64,000 nt of DNA, taken from the NCBI GenBank assembly GCA_965243205.1, contig CBDEUK010000002.1:2240001-2304000 (forward strand), in the 5' to 3' direction. The number at the start of each line of letters is the position of its first letter. Position 1 is the first letter of the stretch. The notes beneath the pieces were generated by a model that saw only the letters and a program-made list of their open reading frames with translations, searched no databases and was not told where the DNA came from. The position numbers and the translations under genes are program-made. The DNA is from Gammaproteobacteria bacterium (GTDB lineage Bacteria; Pseudomonadota; Gammaproteobacteria; Eutrophobiales; Eutrophobiaceae). Below are positions 50,366-60,976 of this stretch, one piece after another.

Positions 50366-51105
50366 TACTTCAGTACCTCATCAACCCAATTTGATTGTTG
50401 TTCGCGTTCTAGTAATTCTGCGCGAGATCGCATGAATAGCATTGTAAAGAAATACAGCTTGAACGCGATTGTCATGATTAATAAAGGAATCAGCATACTT
50501 GGATGTACGGATGGTGCTGATACATCGTTGAAAATTGAACCTTGATGTAAAGTATTCCACCAAACGACTGAATAATGAATGATTGGAATATTAATAACGC
50601 CTACGATTGCTAATAAGGAACAGGCACGAGAGGCTTTCCGCTTATCGAGAATAGATGAGTCCAACGCGATGATTCCAAGGTAGATAAAGAACAAGAGCAA
50701 TTCGGAAGTCAATCTTGCATCCCATACCCAGTAGGTTCCCCACATGGGTTTGCCCCACAACATACCGGTTGCTAAAGCAATAAAGGTAAATGAAGCGCCT
50801 AGGGGTGCACAGCAAGAGACAATGACTTCAGCAACCTTAATTCGCCAGATTAGGGCAATAATTGCTGCAACTGTCATCGAAATATATGTAAATAACGATA
50901 ACCATGCTGCAGGCACATGGATAAAGATAATTCGGTAGCTTTCGCCCTGTTGGTAATCTTCAGGTGCTACGAATAATCCACCGTATAAGCCAACCGCAAA
51001 ACACATTAAGCATGCAGTAGCCAGCCAAGGAATTAATTTTCCTGACCAATTATAGTAAGTAAGTGGGGCACCTAAGCGTTTTAAAAAAAGTGGTACATAT
51101 TTCAT
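50365..51105 (-). CDS. ccmC: heme exporter protein CcmC
   Basis: IHVPAAW and WGKPMWGTYWVWDARLT motifs. Confidence 0.97.
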   Translation of the reverse strand: MKYVPLFLKRLGAPLTYYNWSGKLIPWLATACLMCFAVGLYGGLFVAPEDYQQGESYRIIFIHVPAAWLSLFTYISMTVAAIIALIWRIKVAEVIVSCCAPLGASFTFIALATGMLWGKPMWGTYWVWDARLTSELLLFFIYLGIIALDSSILDKRKASRACSLLAIVGVINIPIIHYSVVWWNTLHQGSIFNDVSAPSVHPSMLIPLLIMTIAFKLYFFTMLFMRSRAELLEREQQSNWVDEVLK

Positions 51106-51469
51106 CGAATCTCCATAATAGCGTAATCTGATGATTTTTATGAATTATTTCATCGATAAATCGCAAAATTTAATAAACTGTTCGTAAAACTATTTTTTAA
51201 TATCTTGTCTGAGCAGGTTCTCTTAGCTGATTAATTCTTAAGCAAAATTTTTAAACAAAACTGTAATAAAAGAAAAAATAATCAATAAAATCAATATGTT
51301 GCTTCGCAGCATTTTGTCAAATACATTTGTAAAAAAGGTTTAAATTGATCTATTATTACAGTGCAGTTAGGAGAAGTCGTAAGAAGAAGATCAGATTAAT
51401 CCTTTTTTGCCTGCGACAGTTCGTAGCTGCTGAGTGCGAATTTTTATGTAATATGGGGAGGAAGTTTCA

Positions 51470-51676
51470 ATGAGTGCAGGTACTGTTAAATGGTTCAGTT
51501 CGTCTAAAGGATTTGGGTTTATCGAGCCACAAGGTGGAGGTGATGATATATTTGTACATTATTCAGTGATTAAGTCAGAGGGGTTTAAAACACTGAATGA
51601 AGGTCAAAATGTTTCCTATGAAGTTGAGGAAGGTCCAAAAGGCTATCATGCCACTGAAGTTCAGGTAGTGAACTAA
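51470..51676 (+). CDS. cold-shock domain protein (CspD-like)
   Basis: GTVKWF, KGFGFI and DIFVHYS motifs. Confidence 0.95.
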   Translation: MSAGTVKWFSSSKGFGFIEPQGGGDDIFVHYSVIKSEGFKTLNEGQNVSYEVEEGPKGYHATEVQVVN

Positions 51677-51708
51677 ATAAAAATAACAAATAAAATGTCA
51701 TAATTAAG

Positions 51709-51734
51709 AAACCTCGATTTATCGGGGTTTTTTT
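51709..51734 (+). terminator. intrinsic terminator
   Basis: AAACCTCGAT-tt-ATCGGGGTTT followed by a T tract. Confidence 0.75.
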
Positions 51735-51790
51735 CTGCCTTGAACACAGAAAGATCATACACTATCAATCATTATCACTAGGAGTTGCTT

Positions 51791-51991
51791 ATGATGGGTG
51801 AAATGCCTTTATGGCTAATAATACTTTGGGCCCTAGGTGGCTTGATGGCAATTTTTGTTTTCTTACCAGGTATCAAGGCGAGTATGGAACAAACACGCAA
51901 TGCGGAAAATAAAGATTGGGCAGGTTTTATGTTACCCATTGCTGTCGTTATATTATTTGTAGCGTTTTTAATTACCTTAGTACGCTCATAA
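51791..51991 (+). CDS. small two-TM hypothetical membrane protein
   Basis: AGGAG RBS; two hydrophobic segments. Confidence 0.7.
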   Translation: MMGEMPLWLIILWALGGLMAIFVFLPGIKASMEQTRNAENKDWAGFMLPIAVVILFVAFLITLVRS

Positions 51992-52058
51992 TGGAACAAT
52001 TAGTCGATTGCAATATCCAATCGACCGAACACACAATAAATAGAACAGGATTCATTTG

Positions 52059-52454
52059 ATGAAAAAATTATTATTATTGTTGAATTTATTACTGGCTTTG
52101 AGCCTATCTTTTTCAGTCTTTGCAGAAGAGGAAGCAGAAGAACAATTATTAACTGGCCAAGAATTATTTGATCGTTGTAACGAAGGCGCATCACCTGGAA
52201 ATCCAAGTCAATTTTGTATGCAATATGTATTTGGGTATCTCCAACAAATTGAAATGTTGATGCAAATGGATCCTTCTCAAAAACGATTCATCTGTCTAGA
52301 TCCACAGAAAGTTGGTCCCCATGAGGCTACTGAGAAAGTTCGTAATTGGTTAGGTGGCGTTCCTGATAGACTTGGGCAAGAAGCACAGATATTAGTAGGT
52401 GAAGCCTTAGCTAAAAATTATCCATGTGAAACCAGCGGTCCATCTCCATTCTAA
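52059..52454 (+). CDS. Rap1a/Tai-family (T6SS amidase immunity-like) exported protein
   Basis: Signal peptide; TG.EL...C, C..Y..G, IC and AL...YPC pattern. Confidence 0.7.
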   Translation: MKKLLLLLNLLLALSLSFSVFAEEEAEEQLLTGQELFDRCNEGASPGNPSQFCMQYVFGYLQQIEMLMQMDPSQKRFICLDPQKVGPHEATEKVRNWLGGVPDRLGQEAQILVGEALAKNYPCETSGPSPF

Positions 52455-52463
52455 AGATATTCA

Positions 52464-53264
52464 GTGACTGAACTCGCTCGCAAACAACAATACGACTTCA
52501 ATAAGCTACAAAAACGCCTACGTCGTAATGTAGGTAAAGCGATTGAAGATTTCTCGATGATTGAATCGGGAGATAAAGTTATGGTGTGTTTATCAGGTGG
52601 AGCTGACTCTTACACCATGCTGGATATACTTTTAAAGTTAAGAGAAAGTGCGCCAGTTGATTTTGAATTAGTTGCAGTAAATCTCGATCAAAAACAACCA
52701 GGATTCCCTGAACACATACTTCCAGACTACTTATCTAACTTGGGTATTCCATTCCATATTCTTGAACAGGATACATACAGTGTAGTTAAAGGTGTGATTG
52801 CTGAGGGCAAGACCATGTGTGGTCTTTGTTCAAGATTGCGTCGAGGTATTTTATACACGTTTGCTAAAAACAATGGTTTTACCAAAATTGCCTTAGGCCA
52901 TCATCGTGATGATATCGTTGAAACATTATTTTTAAATATGTTTTATGGTGGCAAGATAAAATCTATGCCGCCTAAACTTTTAAGTGATGATGGCGATAAT
53001 ATTGTGATTCGACCATTAGCTTATTGCAAAGAAACTGATATTAAACGTTATGCAGAAGTACAAGAATTTCCTATCATTCCATGTACCTTATGTGGCTCGC
53101 AAGATAATTTACAAAGACAAGTGATAAAGCAAATGTTACAAGATTGGGATAAACAATATCCTGGTCGTGTTGAGCATATTTTTAGCAGTATGCAAAATAT
53201 TGTGCCATCACATATGTTGGATCATGAACAGTTCGACTTTTCAGATCTAAAATTAAATTCTTAA
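52464..53264 (+). CDS. ttcA: tRNA 2-thiocytidine(32) synthetase
   Basis: [23 protein letters not shown] and IIPC.LCGSQ motifs. Confidence 0.97.
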   Translation: MTELARKQQYDFNKLQKRLRRNVGKAIEDFSMIESGDKVMVCLSGGADSYTMLDILLKLRESAPVDFELVAVNLDQKQPGFPEHILPDYLSNLGIPFHILEQDTYSVVKGVIAEGKTMCGLCSRLRRGILYTFAKNNGFTKIALGHHRDDIVETLFLNMFYGGKIKSMPPKLLSDDGDNIVIRPLAYCKETDIKRYAEVQEFPIIPCTLCGSQDNLQRQVIKQMLQDWDKQYPGRVEHIFSSMQNIVPSHMLDHEQFDFSDLKLNS

Positions 53265-53293
53265 TTTACATATAAACTCTAATTCTTCATTTC

Positions 53294-53950
53294 ATGTTAG
53301 AAATTGCAATCATTATTAAATATGTATTCATTGCTATCCCTATTGTTTTTGCTGTGACGATTCATGAGGTAGCTCATGGTTGGGTAGCAAAAATAAATGG
53401 TGATAACACTGCGGCGAGTTTAGGACGTTTAAGCATTAACCCGATCAAACATATCGACCCTATAGGTACAGTGTTAGTACCAGTTATATTAATGTATTTA
53501 TTTGGAACACCGTTTGGTTGGGCAAAACCCGTTCCTGTCAGTTGGAATAAATTAAATAAACCCAAACGTGATATGGCGTTCGTAGCTGCAGCTGGTCCAA
53601 TAGCAAATTTGATGATGCTAATTTTTTGGGCAATTATATTTAAATTAGCAGATGGTTTTAGTGTTGATTGGTGGAATGTAAGTCAGATAATAATTTATAT
53701 AGCAAATATTGGAATCTTAATTAATGCTGTAATTATGATACTAAATTTGATTCCAATTCCACCTTTAGATGGCTCAAGGATTGTATCAAGCTTAATGCCT
53801 GATAAATTCTCTGAAACATATTCACGTATTGAACCTTATGGTATCGTTATTGTAATAGTTTTGATGGTTTCAGGCGTATTGGGTAAAGTTTTGATGCCAA
53901 CGATTTATGCAGTATCAGATACAGTAATTTCTATTTTGGCTATTATTTAG
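53294..53950 (+). CDS. site-2 protease (M50) family protein
   Basis: HEVAHG and NLIPIPPLDG motifs. Confidence 0.93.
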   Translation: MLEIAIIIKYVFIAIPIVFAVTIHEVAHGWVAKINGDNTAASLGRLSINPIKHIDPIGTVLVPVILMYLFGTPFGWAKPVPVSWNKLNKPKRDMAFVAAAGPIANLMMLIFWAIIFKLADGFSVDWWNVSQIIIYIANIGILINAVIMILNLIPIPPLDGSRIVSSLMPDKFSETYSRIEPYGIVIVIVLMVSGVLGKVLMPTIYAVSDTVISILAII

Positions 53951-53995
53951 CAAAATATAATAAAAATTGATTCTAACCTTAGGAGAGGATAGGTT

Positions 53996-55042
53996 ATGAA
54001 TAATTTACCTGAGTTGTTGACTCAGTTTTCCAATCTTGATTATTTTATTTTTACAATCAATTTATTGTTGTTTGTATTTTCGAAACCGATTATTTCTGGT
54101 TTTAAGTCGCAAAACGATGGTAGTGCTACCAAGTTAATTACCTTAAGAACGATCAATATTATATTGATCTTATTATATGTCAGTGCTTTTTTTCTGGATG
54201 ATGTTGCAAAATTAATTTCTAAGACGGGTTTAACATTATTATTAAGTTTCTTGTTTGTGCATTTCGCACATATATTTACCTTACGTAAGTTTGGTCGAGA
54301 AAAAGAAATCGACGGAACAGTCTATAGAACCGAAACCTATCAATCAGAAATGTTCAATCTATTAATTGTACTTATTACATTAATAACAGCATTTGTATTA
54401 ATAATAAATATATGGGGTTTAACGGATTGGTTAAAGGCTACTAGTGTATTAGGTATATTAGCTTTAATAGTTTTCTCAACCAAAGATGTATGGGCACCAG
54501 ATAATATTAATGGTTTGATCCTTTTATATAATGGCGATATAGAGCCTGGTGCGGTTGTCAAAGTAGACGAACTAAATTTGTTTGCTATTTTAATGCAAAC
54601 TACGTTAACCCAAACTTCTTTTAGAGATCTGCGTAGTAAACATTTGATTGTGATTCCTAACTCTAAATTACGTAATAGTAAAATTGAGGTGTTAACAAAA
54701 TCACCAAACAGCGGTTTGATATGGTTTATTGATTATAATATTGGTTATGGCATTACGCCTGAACAAGTAGAAGAATTTTTCAATGCGGTTTGGGAGATGG
54801 CGGCTGAACAACATGCCTCTATTAATTCAGAGAAACCAGCTGTAGTAAAATGTTTTCAAACGGCCGATCATGCAGTGACTTGGCGATTAGGTTATTGGGT
54901 AAAAAATATCTACAGTGTATTGGACACAGAATTTACAGTGAACAAATGTGCTTATACATTGTCTTTAGAAAAGGGAATTGAGCTAGCAACACCGTTAACT
55001 CACCATATCGTGGCTAATAATTATGATGAAACCAGTAAATAA
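53996..55042 (+). CDS. MscS-family mechanosensitive channel protein
   Basis: Several TM helices, then a G..V...IPNS beta domain and C-terminal GI...P. Confidence 0.75.
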   Translation: MNNLPELLTQFSNLDYFIFTINLLLFVFSKPIISGFKSQNDGSATKLITLRTINIILILLYVSAFFLDDVAKLISKTGLTLLLSFLFVHFAHIFTLRKFGREKEIDGTVYRTETYQSEMFNLLIVLITLITAFVLIINIWGLTDWLKATSVLGILALIVFSTKDVWAPDNINGLILLYNGDIEPGAVVKVDELNLFAILMQTTLTQTSFRDLRSKHLIVIPNSKLRNSKIEVLTKSPNSGLIWFIDYNIGYGITPEQVEEFFNAVWEMAAEQHASINSEKPAVVKCFQTADHAVTWRLGYWVKNIYSVLDTEFTVNKCAYTLSLEKGIELATPLTHHIVANNYDETSK

Positions 55043-55844
55043 TCACTTATTAAATTCATTTATACTTTCTATCGTTTTAATTTCTAATGCTTATGCAGAT
55101 TATGAATCTAGTTATCAAGCTTATAAAGCGGGCGATTACGAAACAGCTTATACTGGTTTTATTGAATTAGCGGAAGACGAATCCCATCCTAAAGCGATGT
55201 TTTATTTGGGAACGATGTATCGAGAAGGTAAAGGCGTAGAACAGAATTACTCTGAAGCATTATCTTGGTATAAAAAAGTTGCAGACCAAGGTGAGCCAAA
55301 AGCTCAACATAACGTAGCAATGTTTTACCATAATGGTATATCTGTAGAACAAGATTATGTTATTGCTAAAGAATGGTATGAAAAAGCTGCCGCCCAAGAT
55401 TATATTCCATCTATAACTAACTTAGCTTTATTGCATTATCGTGGTCAAGGCATCTCAAAAAATATTCCAAAAGCAATTGATTGGTGGCGAAAGTCTGCCG
55501 ATTTAGGTAACAAAGGTGCTCAGCATAACTTAGGTTTAATGTATTACCTAGGTCAAGAAGTGGAACAAGATTACCAAGAAGCCTATAAATGGTATCGCAT
55601 GGCGGCTGAAAATGGTTCTAAAGAAGCTCAGAACAGTTTAGGTAGTATGTATCATGATGGTATTGGCATTGAAGAAAATTATATAGAAGCCTATGCATGG
55701 TTTCGCTTAGCAAAAGAACAAGAATTTGAAAGTGCTAAAGTGAATGTTGCGATCATTGAATCAAAAATTTCTGCAGAAGATTTAGAAAAAGCAAAATTAT
55801 TATACGAAGACTATGCAATAAAATATGCAGTAGCTGACAATTGA
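55023..55844 (+). CDS. Sel1-repeat (TPR-like) exported protein
   Basis: Repeated A..LG.MY..G.GV..DY..A..WY..AA units. Confidence 0.92.
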   Translation: MMKPVNNHLLNSFILSIVLISNAYADYESSYQAYKAGDYETAYTGFIELAEDESHPKAMFYLGTMYREGKGVEQNYSEALSWYKKVADQGEPKAQHNVAMFYHNGISVEQDYVIAKEWYEKAAAQDYIPSITNLALLHYRGQGISKNIPKAIDWWRKSADLGNKGAQHNLGLMYYLGQEVEQDYQEAYKWYRMAAENGSKEAQNSLGSMYHDGIGIEENYIEAYAWFRLAKEQEFESAKVNVAIIESKISAEDLEKAKLLYEDYAIKYAVADN

Positions 55845-56219
55845 TCAGCTATCTGCAATCGCAAACATTTGTAACACTTCTAATTCAACATGTTGTAAAA
55901 CAGACTCATGTGTTGAACGTAAATAAATTTTGGGCGCAATACCTGCTTCTAAGGCTTCAATCCAACGACCAAGACAAATACACCATTTATCACCAGGCTT
56001 AAGGCCAGGGAAATCATAATCTTCATTTGGTGTCATCAAATCATTGCCTTGCTTTTTAGAGAACTCTAAAAATTCTTGCGTCATAACCGCACAGACAGTA
56101 TGTTGACCTAAGTCTTCATCACAGCCAATGCAATTACCGTCACGAAAAAATCCTGTGCGATTTTCCATACAACAATCATGTAAAGGTGTTTTTAATACGT
56201 TCATCGTCATAAACTCCAT
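55845..56219 (-). CDS. DUF2237-family protein
   Basis: TGFFRDG.C, H.VCA, GNDL.TP and FPGLKPGDKWC motifs. Confidence 0.9.
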   Translation of the reverse strand: MEFMTMNVLKTPLHDCCMENRTGFFRDGNCIGCDEDLGQHTVCAVMTQEFLEFSKKQGNDLMTPNEDYDFPGLKPGDKWCICLGRWIEALEAGIAPKIYLRSTHESVLQHVELEVLQMFAIADS

Positions 56220-56263
56220 TGCAACTTTATTAAACTAAAAATTCAAGTGTTTTTTATTATTAA

Positions 56264-57373
56264 TTAATTGTGTAATGCACGAACTAAATCTTTCCATGCA
56301 TTAATAGTTAATAAACCACGGTGATGAAAAAATATTGTTTGGGCGATTGAGCGAAATACTGGGTTAGTCAGAATTATATCGTATACTTTATTAGGTATAT
56401 GAATATGGTCATGAGCCCAACGTAGTAACTGCTTGGTTTGATAATTAGGTATAATAGTCTTTAAATTATAGATATGATTGATATCATCATCATATAAATA
56501 TTGACTTATCGCTTCTCCAGAAAATTTCCCTATTTCTATCGCGGGATGAATCCCTCCTGCAGTCAAAGGTGATACCATGCCTGCAGCGTCGCCAATTAAC
56601 ATGACATTATCTTTGTAATATTGCTTTACCACACCACCACACGGTATTAGACCTCCTCTATATCCAAGTAATTCAGCTTTATCAAATTTAAATAAGCGGT
56701 GTAGTTTTTTAATAAAACCATGCAGATTAATCTTACTAGGGTATTTGCATGCCAAACCGATTTGAGTACATTCAACGCCTGGTGCAATCCAACCGATATA
56801 ACCATTAGCGAATTCTGAATCTAGAAACACATGTAAGCGGCTTTGATCAACGTCTTCCATTGTTTCGTATTCAGCTTCTGCACCGATCAAAAAATGTTTG
56901 TTTTTACCAAGTTGATAATTTCTGGCAACGGAAGAACGTGCACCATCACAACCTAAAACAAAACGAGACTTTAATTTGTTAAATGGAAATACATGATAAT
57001 CATCGTTGAGGTAAGAGCCTCGGTAATTCGTATTCGTTACAATTTCAACACCAAACTGTTTCACATCATTGGCATACCATTGCAGTAGATTTGAAGTATC
57101 GGTGGTATAAAATGAATATCCTGGAGATTCTAAATCAATCCAGTCTAGTGAAGGACTATATAAACGTATACCGGTTATTTGTTTTAATAGTGAAGATGGT
57201 ACATTCCATTGCTCAATAATTTCTTTTACTAAAATACCTGTGGTATGAATTTTTTCTCCAACGTTGGTTTTTTTCTCAAGGATAATAGTTTCGCACCCAC
57301 CTAATGCCGCTGACTTAGCAGCAGATAAACCAGCAAAACTTGCTCCTACTATACTTAAATCGTATTTTTTCAT
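56264..57373 (-). CDS. geranylgeranyl-reductase-like FAD-dependent oxidoreductase
   Basis: IVGASFAG, DGARS, GWIAP and GDAAGMVSPLTAGGI motifs. Confidence 0.85.
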   Translation of the reverse strand: MKKYDLSIVGASFAGLSAAKSAALGGCETIILEKKTNVGEKIHTTGILVKEIIEQWNVPSSLLKQITGIRLYSPSLDWIDLESPGYSFYTTDTSNLLQWYANDVKQFGVEIVTNTNYRGSYLNDDYHVFPFNKLKSRFVLGCDGARSSVARNYQLGKNKHFLIGAEAEYETMEDVDQSRLHVFLDSEFANGYIGWIAPGVECTQIGLACKYPSKINLHGFIKKLHRLFKFDKAELLGYRGGLIPCGGVVKQYYKDNVMLIGDAAGMVSPLTAGGIHPAIEIGKFSGEAISQYLYDDDINHIYNLKTIIPNYQTKQLLRWAHDHIHIPNKVYDIILTNPVFRSIAQTIFFHHRGLLTINAWKDLVRALHN

Positions 57374-57978
57374 AGCAATAATCCTTGTGGTTTATTACTA
57401 GGAACTGCTTGCACTACATAACGTAATGGTCCCCCTGGAATAACGGCAGTAAATGGGTAACACGTTATAAGTGAGAGTTGTTTAATGTTACTTGTGTAAA
57501 GTTGCGCTGTATCATTTTCATCCGCAATATAAATATTTTTAACTAGGTATGTATCAATAACACCATCATCACGTTGAATAGTTATTTCATCGCCTAATTT
57601 TAATTCACGTAAAAAAGCAAAATGCGTATCACGATGTCCTGCAACAATGCTATTCCCCTTGCTAGAAAATGTATGCGAATTAAAAAGGTGCCCTGGACCG
57701 AAGGCCAATGTAGAACCATTGGCTCCGGCCAGGACAATGCGGTGTAAATCCAGCCGTGGCACAGTAAGACGAGCAACAGGCCAGGTATCCGCCCATGGCC
57801 AGGGCTTAACAGCAGAGTGTTTCTCTAATGTTTGTTGCCATGCTGTCTCTAGGAGGAGCTGTGCCACATAGGCTTTTGTAGGTATATAAGCGGCTTGCGC
57901 TATATTCCATAAACCGCAAAGGGGGAGAGCGATGAGTAAACTTTTAAGAATAAAATTTTTGATTGATCGGTTAAACAT
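57370..57978 (-). CDS. class GN (marine proteobacterial) sortase
   Basis: KPWPWADTWPVARL, LAFGPG, AGHRDTHF and LITCYPF motifs. Confidence 0.95.
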   Translation of the reverse strand: MFNRSIKNFILKSLLIALPLCGLWNIAQAAYIPTKAYVAQLLLETAWQQTLEKHSAVKPWPWADTWPVARLTVPRLDLHRIVLAGANGSTLAFGPGHLFNSHTFSSKGNSIVAGHRDTHFAFLRELKLGDEITIQRDDGVIDTYLVKNIYIADENDTAQLYTSNIKQLSLITCYPFTAVIPGGPLRYVVQAVPSNKPQGLLL

Positions 57979-57979
57979 A

Positions 57980-60064
57980 CTATCTGTTCCTCCAACGTTT
58001 AATAGGAAAGCTGATTCCCATCAGAAACAAACCAATTAATAAATGTAGTAATGCAGGAGTCGCAGTTTGTGGCATTGGGCCAAACACTTTGTCGTGTTGC
58101 CATCCATTAGGAAGGTTGGTTTTTAATGCGTGAGTTTTTAAATCAGTCTGATTATTTCGAGATGGAGTAATATCAACAGCTACGAGAGATGTAAACTTAC
58201 TCACCAAATGATGTTCTAAAGCGACATCCGTTATTTGATTTTCAATCGTTTCTCTTTCAGAGCTTCCAATGCGCAAATCCATTAGCGCAGAAATTTTCCG
58301 TCTGGCCCATAATTTAGCGATACCATTCTGACTTTGACCGCTGTTCAAATACAATTTTTGGTTCCATGATTGTTCTGACGTATTTCCATTGACAGTGAGT
58401 GACGTTGGTAATTGTTCAGACTTGATAGCAACTAAAAGTGGTTCGCCCTGATATAATTCTGGAATGGATTGTGGCCATGTTTCAATTTTCGATTGATGAG
58501 TGCTATCCCATTGTAAATTGATATTCGTTAGCACTGGGTTTTCGATCTTAGTAAATAGATTCAACATCTTTTGTTGGACTTCGGTAATTTTACCAATATA
58601 GGTAAACGTACCTCGGCCAAATTTAGCGGCACGATTCATAAAGTGAGAGTTTGGTGCTGAACCAATGCCGACTGGAAATAGGCGAGTATCATCTAATTGA
58701 TTTTTAATAACGTTAAACAAAGCATCTTCATTACCAATACTGCCATCGGTCATAAAAATGACTTGCCTTAATTGATAATTTTGATTGTGTTTTTGTAATG
58801 CGGCTTTCATTGCTGATAACATTTCAGTGCCACCATCTGCGGTTAGTCCATTAATGTATCGACGGGCTTTTGAAATTGAATCGAGTGAATAAACTTCAGG
58901 TGTATTAAATAATGAGTCAGTGTAAGAATTAAACTGAATAATATTAAATCTATCTCCAGGTTGTAATTGATCCAATGCCAATAACAAAGCAGATTTGGCT
59001 TGCTGAATAGATTCACCCGCCATAGACCCTGATGTATCGATCACAAAAATCATTTCTCTTTGTAAACGTTCAGGGGAATGTTGAATGTTTGGTAATAACA
59101 TTAATAAGGCGTAATCATCGCCATGAATATTTTCATTGAACATAGCTGCATTGATGGTTTGATCTAATTCAGGTTGCCAAACCAATTCAAAATCTCGATT
59201 AGCCGGTGTCGTATGCTTTTTTAGTGAGATGTTATAAATTAATTCATCTGTTTCATTGATATTAATATCATGATACGGGCTATGTATTTGATCTAACTTA
59301 AACCCTGCATTTAAATTAATTGAAATGCTCACGGGATTTATATCTTTTTTATTAGGTTCGATAACAGGAGGTGTTATTCTGGATGCATCTTCAACTTGAT
59401 CAGTATTTATGGCCCAGCCGGTACCTGAAAAACCTTTTACTTCAATGTTGCCTGGTATATATCTGGGCGCAACTACCATTGGAAAGCGTACACTAAATTT
59501 TCCAGAGTCATAGCGAATGATTTCTTGATATTCGATTTCGATAATTATTTTTTCGCCGGGTCCTATATTGGCGACAGAGTTAGTAAAGATATTAGGTCTT
59601 TCTTGCTCAATTAAACTGGCTTTTTTTCCAGCTTTTTTTGCTTCTTGATATATTTTTTTAGCTTGTTCACGTTGTTTGATTTGACCTTCGATAATACGCT
59701 CACCAATGATCATACGTAGCTGATCAACGGCAGCTTCTTCAGGTAAAGGAAATACATAAACGCCTTCTTGCCATTCGTTGGTTATATTTTCGAATTCTTG
59801 TTTAACCGTTGCTCTAGCGACCATGCCATTGATGACATATTCAACATTTGTGTTAAGTAAAGGCGCAATAGAAAAAACATTATCAGATTTAAATAATAAC
59901 TGACCCTGTTTTACATCCTCTTTATGATTCAGTTGCATGAGTGCAACTGAATCCGAGGAAAGAATTTCTTCTGCATAACCATTGCTGGCTATAAGAAAAG
60001 TTGAAAAAAATATTAATAATGTAATTGTTAATGAGGTTGTTATTGCTTTTAGTACAATACTCAT
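57980..60064 (-). CDS. marine proteobacterial sortase target protein (VIT + vWA domains)
   Basis: VIT domain, DTSGSM MIDAS motif, C-terminal MPQTA-TM-basic sorting signal. Confidence 0.93.
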   Translation of the reverse strand: MSIVLKAITTSLTITLLIFFSTFLIASNGYAEEILSSDSVALMQLNHKEDVKQGQLLFKSDNVFSIAPLLNTNVEYVINGMVARATVKQEFENITNEWQEGVYVFPLPEEAAVDQLRMIIGERIIEGQIKQREQAKKIYQEAKKAGKKASLIEQERPNIFTNSVANIGPGEKIIIEIEYQEIIRYDSGKFSVRFPMVVAPRYIPGNIEVKGFSGTGWAINTDQVEDASRITPPVIEPNKKDINPVSISINLNAGFKLDQIHSPYHDININETDELIYNISLKKHTTPANRDFELVWQPELDQTINAAMFNENIHGDDYALLMLLPNIQHSPERLQREMIFVIDTSGSMAGESIQQAKSALLLALDQLQPGDRFNIIQFNSYTDSLFNTPEVYSLDSISKARRYINGLTADGGTEMLSAMKAALQKHNQNYQLRQVIFMTDGSIGNEDALFNVIKNQLDDTRLFPVGIGSAPNSHFMNRAAKFGRGTFTYIGKITEVQQKMLNLFTKIENPVLTNINLQWDSTHQSKIETWPQSIPELYQGEPLLVAIKSEQLPTSLTVNGNTSEQSWNQKLYLNSGQSQNGIAKLWARRKISALMDLRIGSSERETIENQITDVALEHHLVSKFTSLVAVDITPSRNNQTDLKTHALKTNLPNGWQHDKVFGPMPQTATPALLHLLIGLFLMGISFPIKRWRNR

Positions 60065-60065
60065 T

Positions 60066-60764
60066 TTACACCTCGTCTAACAAAGTCAGTTCAATATCGA
60101 CTCTTCTGTCGAATACATAGCTGTCTAAATCGTTTAACTCACTGGAATCATTTTCACCAAAGGCATGAATTTGTATACGATTAGAGTCGAGTCCATTTGC
60201 AATCAGTTGTTGAGCAACTGATTGAGCACGTTGCTGACTGAGCTCAAAATTGTAATGTCCCGATCCTCGAGTATCGCTATAAGCATTAATCTGAACATTA
60301 ATTTCAGGGTGTTGTTCAATCAAAGACACTAAATTACTAATAGAATCTTCAAATCTTTTTTCTACGGATGAGCTGGCAGTTCGAAAGAAAATAGACATTG
60401 AAACACCATCACTGAGACTTTGTATTTCTTTATACGCAGTATCGAGTTTTACTTTTTGTAGAGCTTGTTGATGTTCAGAATTAATTCTCACCATTTCTGC
60501 TGCGACTTTTTCAAACTCCATTTTATTTTTTGATAATTCCTGTTCCAATGAATCAATGGATTTTTTGGTTTCTTCTTGTTCACCAACTCCAGAACCAATC
60601 GCAGCTCCAATAATTAATCCTGGAGGACCAGCAATGATGCCGCCAACTAATGCACCAATACCAAAGCCTTTAACTTGCTCAGGTGTCTGCTCTTGTTCAT
60701 TAGCAAAAAGGTTCGGTTGATATAAACTTAACGTTAGTAATGGAATGATTAGTTTGTTTTTCAT
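60066..60764 (-). CDS. pdsO: sortase-associated OmpA-like protein PdsO
   Basis: GALVGG..AGPPG glycine zipper, OmpA domain, FDRRV; position in the locus. Confidence 0.85.
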   Translation of the reverse strand: MKNKLIIPLLTLSLYQPNLFANEQEQTPEQVKGFGIGALVGGIIAGPPGLIIGAAIGSGVGEQEETKKSIDSLEQELSKNKMEFEKVAAEMVRINSEHQQALQKVKLDTAYKEIQSLSDGVSMSIFFRTASSSVEKRFEDSISNLVSLIEQHPEINVQINAYSDTRGSGHYNFELSQQRAQSVAQQLIANGLDSNRIQIHAFGENDSSELNDLDSYVFDRRVDIELTLLDEV

Positions 60765-60835
60765 AATGTTTGCCTCTGTGTATCTTGCGTTAAAAGAAAT
60801 CACTGTTTTAGTGATAACAATTAAAAACCATTGAA

Positions 60836-60903
60836 ATGGCGATAAGAGGTGTCTAAATGGGAAAACTACTGACGAATTATGGCAAAAATATGGCAATTGC
60901 CAT
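60836..60903. promoter_or_regulatory. phased ATGGCAA-like direct repeats, candidate PdsR sites
   Basis: ATGG(C/G) at 60836, 60857, 60879 and 60890 (spacing 21, 22, 11). Confidence 0.45.
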
Positions 60904-60976
60904 TTAATGGTTAAATAGCTGTTGAGTTTGTTCTAAACTTGCATCGCACAATTAAAATATCAATAAAAATGAGAAA

